The notes beneath the pieces were generated by a model, which did no database searches, was not told the origin of the DNA, and saw only the letters and a list, made by a program, of their open reading frames with translations. Made by a program: the position numbers and the translations under genes. From the human T2T-CHM13v2.0 reference genome, Homo sapiens: a stretch of DNA of 64,000 nt. The stretch lies in assembly GCF_009914755.1 (NCBI RefSeq), contig NC_060929.1, one strand, 5' to 3'. This document shows, piece after piece, positions 13,843 to 28,791 of this stretch; positions within the stretch are counted from its first letter, which is position 1; every line of letters begins with the position of its first letter.

Positions 13843-14349
13843 ATTAATAGTGTCCATGTGGCTAGGTCAGGTATGAAAAAGTCTGGTGTGAAGCAACCAC
13901 TACCTGATGAGGCTCATAGCTTAGATAGTGGTACATGTTGGGAGGCAAGAGAGGAAGCGGTCACTGGCTCAGCCAACACAGTCAAGTCTGTCAATCAATG
14001 GCAAAGGACTGGGATGATGATCTTATACTAAAGCGCTCTGAAATCCAGCTTAGTGCCTAGGAGGTCACTGGTGACATTGAGAAGTAGACTTGCAGTAGAG
14101 TGGTAACAAGTAGTTACTAAAGTTCAGTGAGCACATTGAGGAATCTCTGTAAAACAATGAAGCAGAGATATCATGCTTGACTATGAACTGGGCAAAATAA
14201 CAGAGCTTCTCTCTCTTACTCTTCTTCTTACTAGAGAAACAGCATTTGATTTCTTCAAGGAGAGGCTAGGTGACCTGCTAATTTTACCTCTCCAGGCCAT
14301 ATATCTTGCTCTCTCTTGGTCTTGATGGAGAAGTGGACCAATAAATTTG

Positions 14350-14832
14350 TTACAAATACTTTATTCCTTGATGGACAAATTAAAAATGTTTTCTCTGAAC
14401 AGGCTTACATTATAAACCTTAAGTAAAACTATTTATAGTTGAATTTCCAAATAAACAATTTATTGGGGAATAATATACAAGGATTAAAATTGCAATTCAA
14501 TGCACACAATCCAGAGTAGCTCTTAGATGTGTCTGAAAAACAAAAAGAAAGGTTGGAATTTTATTGAGAAAAAGAGAAAAGTTATGTACGTTGCTTTGAA
14601 AGAAAGTTCATTGGCACTAGCAGTGTTGAGCTGAGTGTAGGAGCTTCTGAGCTCTAAGCAGTAAGTGGCAGCAGTTACTATGTAAGATGTAATCTTAAAA
14701 TGATGTTTTTTTTCTCTTGAATTGCAAAAATAGTTCCTGGAAGGGATTTGGGTGTCCTTCCCCATGGCTTCCCAATTCCATTTTAGTTGGGTATGACAGG
14801 AATGTCTCCATTTTGAATAATTAACTTTCACA
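14350..14832 (-). mobile_element. Probable ERV1-class LTR relic
   Basis: Ends CTCCATTTTGAATAATTAACTTTCACA (an LTR-like start on the minus strand); TTTATT poly(A) signal on the minus strand. Confidence 0.4.
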
Positions 14833-15859
14833 ATATCATTCACTTTACTTTCTTTCAAACTTCTATCTTTATGTTTAAGTATAATGCAGCAAAATTTCCT
14901 TTAGAGATTACTCAATCATTTACAGATCCATAAATTTCCAGGTATTCTGAAACCTACTTCTATCAGTCTATTAACATTCATGTATTTTGTTTTTTGCCTT
15001 AAAACACCTTACTTCAGTTTTTTCAAATGTTTAATAACTTAAGAAAACTATCATTTTTTAGGAGGGACGTGTGTAGAAAATATATTTAAGAAATTAAAAA
15101 GGTTTTCATTGCTAGGCCTAACAATGTTTTTGGAGATTTTAGGGGTTTATGAAAAATCCTTTGGAAGCTTTATTCTATTTGTGAAATAGTGTGTCTTCTA
15201 TTACCTAGTTTTATCTAACTAATTTCCTCCAGTGGAAACTTTCTCTTCCTATTCTTCAGCTTCCTATTAAAGTGCTTCCTTCCTTGAAAATGAAACTCAA
15301 ATTCCACCTCTTGTAGGAAGCATTCTCGTCAAACTGCTTGTTCACTGCCCTGTTAGACTCCAATAGTGCCTCACACTCTTACTACAGTACTTAATGCAGT
15401 CTATCTTGGTATTAGAATCATTTAAGTTACTACTCTGTAAGTCCACGGTGGACATGGACAATGTCTTCATCATTTTTGTATCTCCTACTGAACCTAGTAC
15501 AATACTTTGCAAAATAGACACTCAAAAACGTTTATTAAAATGAATCAAAGCCAATCACTATGTTGAAAAGAATCTGAACTGGGTTTTAATAATGTTTTCT
15601 GAACTTAACTTTAAATTATTACAGGCTTTGTTGCAATAATCTTGAGCCTATTTTGGGCTAATTGGCAAATAATTAAAAGAAGTAAATTGTATATGTGAAG
15701 GAATGTATAGTTTATAAATTATATTACCTCATTAATTATTGATAATTAATAAATAGATGAATGGGAATTAATGACATGGTGGCTACAAACTATTAATGTA
15801 ATTTTACATTCATATCATAGAGCTGTTACAAAATTGCTACCAGTGATTTTATGTCAAAA

Positions 15860-16215
15860 GACTTGGACTGCCCCCTTATTACCTCTATGACCTTAGGTAT
15901 ATTTGTTATTCATAAGACATGAATCCCTCTTATGTACCATGCCTATCTCACAAAGTTACTGTTAAGATCAAATGAAATAATAAAAATAACAGTAAATTAT
16001 TTAGAGGTAAATATTCATCAAGAACTCTATACTGTGTTTTCATTTAAACATCACAACAATCCTGTGAGATAGATTATCACTCCTATTTTCACAAATAAAG
16101 ACGCCTTGGCACAGAGATCTTACATAATTTCCCCAAGATCATATAGCTATTAAGAGGTAGAATTAGAATTTAGTATCAGATAGTCTGATTCCAGAGCCAA
16201 AGCTCTTAGCCAAAA
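15860..16215. mobile_element. Two MIR fragments in opposite orientation
   Basis: CTATCTCACAAAGTTACTGTTAAGATCAAATGA (+) and ACAACAATCCTGTGAGATAGATTATCACTCCTATTTTCACAAAT (-). Confidence 0.6.
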
Positions 16216-17099
16216 TGTTAAATTGCTAAGTACATGTTAGCTCTACCACTTTGAATTTTATAAAACTTGGCTTCATGACATTAACTAGCTACTGAAATTT
16301 TTAAGATATAAAATTTCTAGAATAAAACTTTCTTAGATTTCCTAGAGACATAAAGTAACAAATCTAATCAAAATGCTCCATAAAAATTAAAATGCAATTT
16401 ATGCCAGAAATATGTTAGAAGATTGATTTAGTAAAGCTATTAGCTTAGTGACTTCTGAACTACCTGCCTCTTATACAGTAGCTGTTTACACTCTTCAGTT
16501 TGTTATATATTTTTTAAAAACAGAATCTTAAATGAATCCATTAATGTTTCACTTAGACACTTTATTATTGTTTAGTGACTTACTTAAAATCAAAGTTTGA
16601 AACCTTAAGGTGTTAATACTAAGCATTAAATAAATACAAGACCTGGTATATCCATCTATTTTCTTTCTAATTCAGAAAATGCTATCACATATCATATTTA
16701 GATTGCTTTCCTCAACATCTGCAATTTGGATTACAATGTGCAATTTGGAGAACAACACTGCCACCCAGGGGATAGAGGACTGAAAGTGCAGAGTCAAAAT
16801 AAAATTTTAGAGCAATGGTACCGGATTGTGGATCAAACACTCAGTTGTGTTGCAATCTGTTGTGAGCTGAATTACTAACACTAGTTCACATGCTAAAGGT
16901 TGTAAACAATATGCTATAAAAAAAGATAGGATTCTCAATAATAACTTCTCTTTTATCTATTCATTTAAGTAAAAGAAAAAAATATAGAGCTACATCTACT
17001 TTCTTAGTAATGGCCCATAAGTTTCTGACAGCTGCGATACAATAAGAACACATATGGGGAAAATGCCTTAAAAAGAAAAACAACATATCAAAGCAATTA

Positions 17100-17994
17100 A
17101 GGCCTCTAGTAAAGTAGAAAAAAAACCTGAATTTGATTAAATTATTCACCATGAAAAACACCAAATATCATTTTAAGTTGTGAAATGTTAAAGCTCTTCC
17201 CATTAAAGTCAGGAAAAAGTAAGGGATATTCACTATCATTGTTATTACTTACACTGTTAATATATTTGTTTGGAAATTCTAATAAATATAATCATCCAAA
17301 ACAAAATAATTGTTATAAATACTGAAAGAGGTAACTATCTTTCTAATAATATGATTGCAAACTTAAAAATCCTTCTCACTTCCAAAAAATACTTGAAAAG
17401 TGATTGGATAACATACACAAAAAAATTCATGATTTATAGTTTGTATCTATATTGGCAATAACCAGCTAAAGTATATGGAAATGAGAGAACATATTCCTTT
17501 CACAATTGCAACAACAACTATGAGACTATGTTTTAAATTTTATTCGGTTTAAAAGTTAATAACACATGGTGCAAAATTTATAAGACACAAAAGGAAACAT
17601 GGTAGAATTTACCTACATTTACCCAGCTCCTGACTTCCCCTATAAAGAACAAAGATACTATACAAACAAGTAATTGTGGTTTGTGTGTGTGTGTGTACAC
17701 ATATCTCCCTCCTAACACACACAAACAATAGCATACTATTGTGTAGTGATACTTGATTTATTCATTATGCAATATATCATGAAAAGCCTTTCATTCCAAT
17801 AAAGAGCTGATTATTCTTTTTAATGGATTATTAGTCAGTTACAGGTTGATGGACAAGTTCCCTCCAATCTTCTATTATTATAAACACTTATATACTGAAT
17901 AGCTTTTTACATGCATCAATAATTTCTACCAATGTAATGTTACTATATTTTTCTAGAAGTAGAATTGCTAGTCCAAGGGTAAATGTATTCATTT
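17100..17994. mobile_element. Old L1M fragments (ORF2-like piece on +, ME-like 3' piece on -)
   Basis: AAAGCTCTTCCCATTAAAGTCAGGAA (ORF2-like, +); TTCTAGAAGTAGAATTGCTAGTCCAAGGGT (antisense L1M). Confidence 0.55.
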
Positions 17995-18004
17995 AAGAGC
18001 TTTA

Positions 18005-19924
<1,920 letters not shown>

Positions 19925-20688
19925 AAGAGCTTTATTGAGCTTTAATTGACACACAATTTACTGCATATATATATATACAAAGTTTGATATATATATGCTT
20001 TGATAAGTTTTGACATACGTATCAACTGTGATACCATCACAAATTGATACGATGAACATATCAATTACCATCCAAAACTTCCTCATGACCATTTGCAATT
20101 TTTTTTCTGGCATCCTTCTATCCCCTCTCTCTCACTTCTGCAGGCAACCATTGATCTATTTTTGTAACTATACATTAGTTTGCATTTCCTAGAATTTTAT
20201 ATGAATGAAATAATACAGTATGTACTCTTTTTGTCTTGATTCTGCCACCCAGCATAATTATTTTAAAATTCATCCATGTTATAGTGTGTGCCATTGCTTT
20301 CTTTTACTGAATGATGTTCGTGTGTGTGCATGTGTGTGTATGTGTATGTGTATCATAGTTTATTCATTTGCCTGTTGAATAAAGTTTTGTATTGTTTTTA
20401 TCATTTGGCTATTAAAATTAAAACTTCTCTGAACATTTAAGCACAAGAGTCTGTATGTACACGTACTTCCATTTCTCTATTAATCTAGAAGAGAAGGCCT
20501 AGGTCATATACTAGAAACTTCTTAAGAAACTCTAAACTGTACCGCGTTACATTCCCACTAGTGATGTTTGAGAGTTCCAGGTACTCCACATCCTACTTGG
20601 TATGATCAGACTTTTTATTTTAGCCATTCTAATAGGTATAGAAAGAAATCACATTGTGGTTTTAATTTGCATTTCCCTGATGTCTAAC

Positions 20689-21241
20689 TGTGTCCGGAAT
20701 TTTTTGTATTTTTAGTAGAGATGGGCTTTCACCGTGTTATCCAGGATGGTCTCGATCTCCTTACCTCGTGATCCGTCCGCCTCGGCCTCCCAAAGTGCTG
20801 GGATTACAGGAGTGAGCCACCGCGCCCTGACCCGCAGGGAGGAGGCCGAGGCCTGGAGAGAATTCCAGCGCCGCGCGGGTGGGCCGGCAGTGCTGGGGCA
20901 CCGGGGCGCACCCTCCGCAGCTGCTGGCCCGGGTGCTAAGCCCTTCGCTGCTCGGGACCAGCGGCGCCGGCGCGGGCGCGGGCCGGCCGCTCCAAGTGTG
21001 AGGCCCGCCAAACCTGCGCCCACCCGGAACTAGCGCTGGCCCGCGAGCGCTGTGCGCAGCCTCGGTTCCCGCCCGCGCCTCTCCCTCCACACCTCCACGC
21101 AAGCAGAGGAAGCCTGCTCCGGCCTCCGGCAGCCCAGAGAGGGGCTCCCACAGTGCAGCGGCCGGGCTGAAGACCTCCTCAAGTGCGGCCAGAGTGGGCG
21201 CCGAGGCCGAGCGAGGGCTGCCAGCAGGTTGTCGCCTCTCA
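20689..21241 (-). mobile_element. LTR12-family (ERV9) solo LTR, internally deleted: 12-bp terminal stub plus about 410 bp GC-rich U3
   Basis: Starts TGTGTCCGGAAT and ends GGGCTGCCAGCAGGTTGTCGCCTCTCA, the two LTR12 termini as recalled; 4-bp TSD-like TAAC/TAAA; CpG-rich body. Confidence 0.85.
20698..20827 (-). mobile_element. AluY-like left monomer only, inside the LTR12
   Basis: AATTTTTTGTATTTTTAGTAGAGA...ACCGTGTTATCCAGGATGGTCTCGATCTCC...GAGCCACCGCGCCC; no right arm, no TSD. Confidence 0.9.
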
Positions 21242-21594
21242 TAAAGATGCTGAACATATTTTCATGTGCTTCTTTGCTATTCCCATATCTTTTAAGAGTG
21301 AAATATCTGTTCAAATATTTTGCCTGTTTTCTTAACTTTTGTGTTTGGAGAGTTCTTTATATAGTCAAGGTTAAAGTGCTTTATAAAATATGTAATTTTC
21401 AAAATTTTTCGCTCCATGTGTGGTTTCTCTTTTGGCTATCCTCCCAGTGTCTTTTGAAGAGTAGAAGTTCTATTGTTGATTCAGTCCAATTTTTAATGTA
21501 TTTTTATATGGATTCTGCTTTTTGTCTAATATCCTAGAAACTTTTGCCTAACCCAGGGTCACAATATTTTTTTCAGTTGAAAAGAGTTTTTTCT

Positions 21595-24502
21595 TAATTT
21601 TTTGTATTGTTAATTTTTATGGATACATAGTAGGTGTATATATTTATGGGGTACATGAGATATCTTGATGCAGGTATACAATGTGTAATAATCACATCAG
21701 GGTAAATGGGGTATCCATCACCTCCAGCATTTATTATTTCTTTGTTTTATGAATGTTCCAATTATACTCTTTTGGTTATTTTTAAATGCACAATAAATTA
21801 TTCTTGACCGTAGTCACCCTGTTGTGCTATCATATACTAGATCACATTCATTCTATCTACCTATATTTTTGTACCCATTAACCACCCCACTTCCCCCAAC
21901 CACTACCCTTCTCAGCCTCTGGTAACCATCATTCTATTCTCTATCTTCATGAGTTCAATTGTTTTAATTTTTAGCTCCCACAAGTAACTGAGGACATGTG
22001 AACTTTGTTTTTTCTATGCCTGGCTTATTTCACTTAACATCATGTCCTACATTTCCTTCCATGTTACTGAAGGTAACAGGATCTCATTTTTATGGCTGAA
22101 TGTATTTCATTGCATGTATGCATCACATTTTCTTTATCCATTTATCTGTTGATGAACATTAGGTTGATTCCAAATCTTGGCTATTGTGAATAGCGCTACA
22201 ATAAATATGGAAGTGCAGGCATCTCTCTGATAGTCTGATTTCCTTTCTCTTGAGTATATACCTAGCAGTGGGATTGCTGTAACATATGGTAGTTCTATTG
22301 TTAGGTTTTTGAGGAACGTCCATACTGTTCTCCATAGTGGATGTACTAATTTACATTCCCACCAACAGTGTGCAGGGGTTTCCTTTTCTTCCCATTCTCA
22401 CCAGCATTTGTTATTGCCTGTCTTCTGGATAAAAATCATTGTATCTGGAATGAGAAGACATCTCATTGTCGTTTTCATTTGCATTTCTCTGACGATCAAG
22501 ATACTGAGCATCTTCTTTTACTTGTTTGCCATTTTTATGTCTTTTTTGAGAAATATCTATTCAGATATTTTGCTCATTTTTGAATCAGATTATTAGATTT
22601 TTTTCTACTAAGTTGTTGGGGCTTCTTATATAGTCTGATTATTAATCCTTCGTCAGATGAATAGTTCCCAAATATTTTCTCCCATTCTGTGAGTTTTCTT
22701 TTCACTGTGTTGATTGTTTCCTTTGTTGTGTGGAAGCGTTTTAACTTGATGTGATCCCATTTGTCCACTTTTGCTTTGGTTGACTGTGCTTGTTGACTAT
22801 TACTCAATAAATCTTCGTTCAGACCAATGTCCTGGAGAGCTTCCCCAAAGTTTTCTTTTAATAGTTTCATAGATTCAGGTCTTAGATTTAAGTCTTTAAT
22901 CCATTTTTATTTGATTTTTATATATGGTGAGAGATGGGGGTCTAGTTTCATTATTCTGCATATAAATATCCAGTTTCCCAGCACATTTATTCAAGAAAAT
23001 GTCCTTTTCCTAATGCATGTGCTTGGCACCTTTGTAAAAATTGAGTTCACTGTAAATGTGTGAATTACTTCTGGGTTCTCTACTCTATTCCATTGGTCTG
23101 TGTGTCTATTTCTGTGCCAGTACCATGTTATTTTGCTTTCTATCGCTCTGTAGAATAATTTGAAGCCAGATAATGTGATTCCTCCAGTTTTGGTCTTTTG
23201 CTTAGGCTAGCTATGGCTATTCTGGGTCTTTTGTGGTTCCATATAAATTTTAGGATGTTTTTTCTATTTCTGTGAAAAATGTCATTGATATTTTGGTAGG
23301 ATTGCATTGGATCTGTAGGTTGCTTTGGGTAGTATGGACATTTAAAAAATATTGATACTTCCAATTCATAAACATGGAATATCTTTCCATTTTTGTGTGT
23401 GTCCTCTTCAATTTCTTGCATCATAGTTTTTTTTGCATTATAGTTTTCACTGTAGAGATCTTTCACTTCTTTGGTTAAGTTTATACCTAGGTATTTAATT
23501 TTATTTGTAGCTATTATAAGTGGGATTACTTTCTTGATTTTTCACATGGTTCACTGAACACAGAAATGCTGCTGATTTTTGTATGCTGATTTTGTATCCT
23601 GTAACTTTAATCAATTTATCAGTTCTAATAGCTTTTTGGTGGAGATGTTGTTTTTTCAAATATAAGATCATATAATCTGCAAAACTAGGATAATTTTACT
23701 TTCTTTCCAATTTAGATGCCCTTTATTTCTTTCTCTTGTCTGATTGCTCTAGCTAAGACTTTCATCACTATGTTTAATAACAGTGGTTAAAGTGAGCATC
23801 CTTGTCTTGTTCTAGATCTTAGCAGAAAGGCTTTCAGGTTTTCACCAATCATGATACTGTTTCTGTCATATGTGGCTTTAATTATGTTGAGATATGTTCT
23901 TTGTATACTCTGTTGAGTTTTTATTGTGAATGAATGTTAAATTTTATCAAATGTTTCCTCAGCATCAGTTAAAATTATATTTTTGTCATTTATTCTGTTG
24001 ATATGATGTGTCATATCAATTGATTTGCATATGGTGAACCATCCTTGCATCCCAGGGATAAATCTCACTTTGTCACGATGGATGATGTTTTAATGTGTTG
24101 TTGAATTCAGTTTACTAGTGTTTTGTTGAGAATTTTTGCATCAATGTTCATCAGAGATATTGGTCTGTAGTTTTCTTTTCTAGATGTGTCTTTGCCTTTA
24201 GTATTGGAGTAATACTGGCTTCCTAGAATGACTTTGGAAGTATTCTCTTCTTTATTTCTCAGAATAGTTTCAGTAGGGCTGTTCTTAGTTCTTTAAGTGC
24301 ACAGTAAAATTCAGCAGTGAAGCCGTCAAGCCCCAGGCTTTTCTTTGCTGGAAAACTTTTTATTAAGGCTTCTATTTTATCACTTATTGGTTTATTCAGG
24401 TTTTGGGTTTCTTCATGGTTCAATCTTGGTACACTGTATGTGTCTAGGAATTTATCCTTTCTTCAGAGTTTTCCAATTTGTTAGCATGTAGTTGCTCACA
24501 GT
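21595..24502 (-). mobile_element. L1MA (L1MA2/3-like) 5'-truncated element, about 2.9 kb
   Basis: L1MA 3'UTR (GATACATAGTAGGTGTATATATTTATGGGGTACATGAG) and broken ORF2 (KAKVDKWDHIKLK; LKFIWNHKRPRIA). Confidence 0.85.
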
Positions 24503-24915
24503 ACAAAGTTTTTGTCCTGTGATTTCTTCTTGAAGTTTTATAGGTTTTACATTTAGATATAAACTCAACCATTTTGAGTTGTTTTTCTAGGTGGTGTTAC
24601 ATGTGGGTGAAAGTGGTGTGTGTGAACGTGTGTGTGTTCCATATAGATATCCAATTATTCAGGCACAGTTTGTTGAGAAAACTAACTTTTCCTCACAGAA
24701 TTGCCTTTGAAACTTTCTCAAAAATCATTTGTTCATATATGTGTGAGTATGCGTTTCTTAATTCTGTTTGCTAAACATCCATGTTTAGTTGTAATCTAGA
24801 ATTGTATGAATAAAACTTAAGAAAAGTGCAAAATGAGAATAATGGCAGTAATCCAGCATGTTAGATAAGAGATTACTTTGATATAATCACAGAAGATTTC
24901 TCAAGGAAAGTGGAT

Positions 24916-25304
24916 GTTGTGAAATGAATTGTTTTCCCTGCCCTTCAAATTCATATGTTGAAGACCTAACCCCCAATATGATGCTATTCAGAGATAAAAA
25001 TCTGTAGGGATGTAATTAAGTTTAAATAAGGTCATAATGGTAGGACTCTAATCCAATAGGATTGGTGCCCCTATAAGAAGAGGAAAACACCAGAGAGCTC
25101 TCTCTCCACATGTGCACAGCAGAAAGGTTACATGGGGTTGTGGCCACAAAAAGGTGGCTATCTGCAAGCAAAGAAGAGAGCTCTTACCAGAAACTAATCC
25201 TGATGGTACCTTGATCTTGGACTTCACGTATCCTAAATAAATTTGTGTTGTGTAAGTTATCCAGATTGCGGTATTTTATTATGGCACCCCAAACCAACTA
25301 ACAC
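24916..25304 (+). mobile_element. MLT1A/B-type MaLR LTR
   Basis: AAATTCATATGTTGAAGACCTAACCCCCAAT...ACCTTGATCTTGGACTTC...AATAAATTTGTGTTG; flanks GTGGA/GTGGG resemble a 5-bp TSD. Confidence 0.8.
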
Positions 25305-25773
25305 CGTGGGACTAACACAAGTTCCTCTTGAGGAACTTGACACTGAAAAACTTGAGTCTCTATTGAATGTGTTTGTGGACCCTTAGTTCCACTAATTGGA
25401 GCACTGTAATAAAAAGAAAAAAAGTCTCAAACTAGTTGCTTTTGATTATTATAGCTTTGTCATTTCATACATCTGACAGCATTTAATTGATCCAGGTCAG
25501 CCCTCCATGAATAAAACAGGGAGACAGTTTGCTTTCTAGAGAAACTTTCAACCTAATTATCACAAATACATTATTATTACTGGATCAATTGGGCATTGCT
25601 TAATGAAAGCCAGTTAGTAGAACTACCTTTGTTATCAAACAAAATAATTTTTGAGATTGTGGCATCAAAAGAGGTAGGAAGATTGACTTGGAGGTGATAT
25701 ATCTGGAACAAATGATTTCACATTAATATTGTGAAAATGGAACAATACTAGTCTCTTTAAAAACAAGAGTATC

Positions 25774-26138
<365 letters not shown>

Positions 26139-26143
26139 TTAAA

Positions 26144-26215
26144 GTAGACTATCATAAATACTATAAGAATGACCCACTGGTAGACTATCATAAATACTAT
26201 AAATATGACCCACTG
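26144..26215. repeat. 36-bp tandem duplication (2 copies, 34/36 identical)
   Basis: GTAGACTATCATAAATACTATAA(GA/AT)ATGACCCACTG x2. Confidence 0.95.
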
Positions 26216-27304
26216 GTGAGCAAAATTAAACTTATCTTTGGGGATGTGGAAATAATTATTAAAAGGGATGGATGGAATTTGACCTGGTCTTGAGAAATAG
26301 CACTTGAGCAAGCAGATGTAGCAGAGGAAGCATCATAGCTAAGGGAGACAGCATGGGCTAAGGAGGAAAACAACTAAGCAAGTGCTGATCCTGAGGAGAC
26401 TGGTGGTTTAAGAACTGAGATTTTAGGGAGCAAAAGAAGTAGTCAAGAGAAAACACTGCAAAGCTTTTCAGAGTTACAGGCAAATTTTGTATTAGTAATA
26501 CATTTTCTGAAGCATTATGGGATCATAATAACTCCTTTCTCCCAAATTCGAAGACAGATTTTCAATAAAGCTCTCTATTTATCTTGATTATTTGACATTC
26601 CTTCGTATGTATTTATATGCAAAGTGTACACTACCCACCTGGAGCTGAAAAAGCTCCTACACTCCAGGAGTTCAGCTTTAATGACAGAAGGTAGACAAAG
26701 GAAACAATTACAATTCAGCGTACTATTTAGTAGTGGCAAATCTACCTTCATGTAACACTGGTCCAACAGGAAGTCATCTGTTAAATCCATTTGTGTCCAA
26801 ATAATGCACCAAACTAAAAGAATGCCAATTTCTTTTACCAAGTCAGAGCTATTCTAAGCGGAGTTCAGTTTTATGAGATAACAGCATGGGTTCTGGACAA
26901 GGCTGGTTTCTTCGGCAAAGGCTCAGAAGTGGGCCTTGGTTAACTAAGCTTTGGGCACAGTCTTGAAATTATTAGTGATTTCCTTTTTGAATTTGAGTTT
27001 TGTAAGTGAAGTCTAGTGGGATAATGGAACATGTGCCAAGGCCTTGTTGTCTCAGGTCATGTGTGGTCCTGTCCCCAAAAGCTCCTCAGGTGGATTCTCT
27101 GGTTTCCTGCTCTCCTGTCTCCACCCAGCAACTGCTGCCACCTTGCTCCAGTGTATACACTCCTACCTGAGTCTTGGGGCAGGGGTCTCAGGCACCTTTG
27201 AGGGTCTGCCCTGACAACCTAATGTCTCTGTGCTTTAGGGAGCATCGTATTAAATAGTAAATTAACAAACACCATGATGAGTCAAGAGACGCTATGGAAG
27301 AAAC

Positions 27305-27590
27305 TTTTTTTTTTTTTTGAGACGAAGTTTCACTCTTGTTGCCCAGTCTGGAGTGATCTTGGCTCACGGCAACCTCCGCCTCCCAGGTTCAAGTGATTCT
27401 CCTGCCTCAGCCTCCCGAGTAGCTGGGATTACAAGCATGCGTCACCACGGTCGGCTAATTTTGTATTTTTAGTAGAGACGGGGTTTCTCCACGTTGGTCA
27501 GGCTGGTCTCGAACTCCCGACCTCAGGTGATCCGCCCGCCTAGGCTTCCTAAAGTACTGGGATTACAGGCATGAGCCACCACCCTCCGCC
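27305..27590 (-). mobile_element. AluSp-like SINE, apparently inserted in a MER91-like hAT relic (about 27225-27675)
   Basis: GTTTCACTCTTGTTGCCCAG (Sp/Sq-type) with a small internal deletion; TSD GGAAGAAAC; flank ATTTTCATTTTGCACTG...TTATGTAGCTGGAC resembles MER91. Confidence 0.85.
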
Positions 27591-27772
27591 GGAAGAAACG
27601 TTTTTCCTGCATTTTGAATAAAGGGGCCTGGATTTTCATTTTGCACTGTACCCCAGGTATTATGTAGCTGGACTTGAAGTCCTGTAGCAGTGGACAGTCC
27701 CAGGCAAGTGACTCTGGGCGAGGCACTTGGTGCCTCTGAAGTCACTTTCCACATCTGTAAAATAATAGTTCA

Positions 27773-27986
<214 letters not shown>

Positions 27987-28448
27987 CTAATTTATGTAAA
28001 GCTCTTGGACCACCATTTGACACATTTTAATGGTCAATACTAGAAGGTGTTGACAATTATATATTACCTAATTCAAACACACTCCCTTACGTCTCCTATG
28101 CTTGCCGGCTAATAAACAGCCATTCCCACAGGCAGTACCAAATGTGTATCCTGGTTTTGCTTCAAATGTTCATTCCCTAAATTTAAACCCTTCTATAGTG
28201 TGCAGGAAAAAAATGTCCGCACCTCAGCTATAATGTCAGGTTGTAACAAAAAACTGCGAGGATTTAAAAAGGTGTGCTTGTTAGAAAAGCAGAAATCTTC
28301 ACAAATACTAGATTTAAAAAAATGGAAGCAAAAAATCGTTCATTCAAGTGATCATTTCAGAAGAGCTCTTTCACCGCCGTTCAGCGCCCCCCTAGCCATT
28401 AGAGAGAAAAACCAAGGCCGGTACAATGCGAGCGCAGTGTACCAAGGG

Positions 28449-28450
<2 letters not shown>

Positions 28451-28504
<54 letters not shown>
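28451..28504. repeat. (CA)27 microsatellite in the proximal promoter
   Basis: Uninterrupted 54-nt CA run. Confidence 0.98.
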
Positions 28505-28508
<4 letters not shown>

Positions 28509-28791
28509 CCGAATCTTGAAAAACTAGACGTTGCCCAGCTACCAGCCCCCGTCTGGTTTCCATAGGAACGCGCAATTCCGTTGCGTAGCCCTCTGCGCCG
28601 GTAGTTGTTCTGTCTCAGTTCCGGTTTTCCCTTCCAAGCGTCAATGTTTCTTGTTCCCAGGCGGCAGCTAGAGCAGAAGGCGGATGAGTTTTGGACAGAA
28701 GAGGCTTCCGTTGAGGGGCGTGGCGACGCAGCCGCGGTCTGAGAGACCGGTTCACGTGCAGGCAGCGGCGGATCATATTCCTTCATCTACC

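Larger units (their letters stand above)
19938..24775 (-). mobile_element. Old L1MC/MD-like antisense element, split by later insertions (pieces about 19938-20684, 21246-21565, 24503-24775)
   Basis: L1M 3' end text (GCTTTATTGAG...AATTGACACAC); host text resumes across inserts (ATTTCCCTGATGTCTAA / GATGCTGAACAT; CCCAGGGTCACAA / CAAAGTTTTTGTCC). Confidence 0.7.

Noticed and set aside
20712-21537. Cluster of overlapping GC-rich ORFs (71-161 aa) resembling a first exon
   Set aside because: They lie in Alu, LTR12 and L1 sequence. Long frames are expected in GC-rich DNA, and there is no recognisable protein or splice structure.
26144-26215. 36-bp repeat as a CRISPR-like array
   Set aside because: Only two adjacent copies, no spacers, and a eukaryotic context.
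26760-26885. ETS (CAGGAAGT) and GATA (AGATAA) motifs as an enhancer
   Set aside because: Short motifs expected by chance; not supportable without chromatin data.
28382-28398. CTCF-like CAGCGCCCCCCTAGCC in the promoter
   Set aside because: The extra G on the motif strand breaks the core spacing; it may simply be a GC-box-like run.
28200-28786. ORFs on both strands across the promoter (possible divergent gene)
   Set aside because: They run through the CA repeat (THTH or CVCV) with no recognisable protein. A divergent non-coding transcript cannot be judged from sequence.
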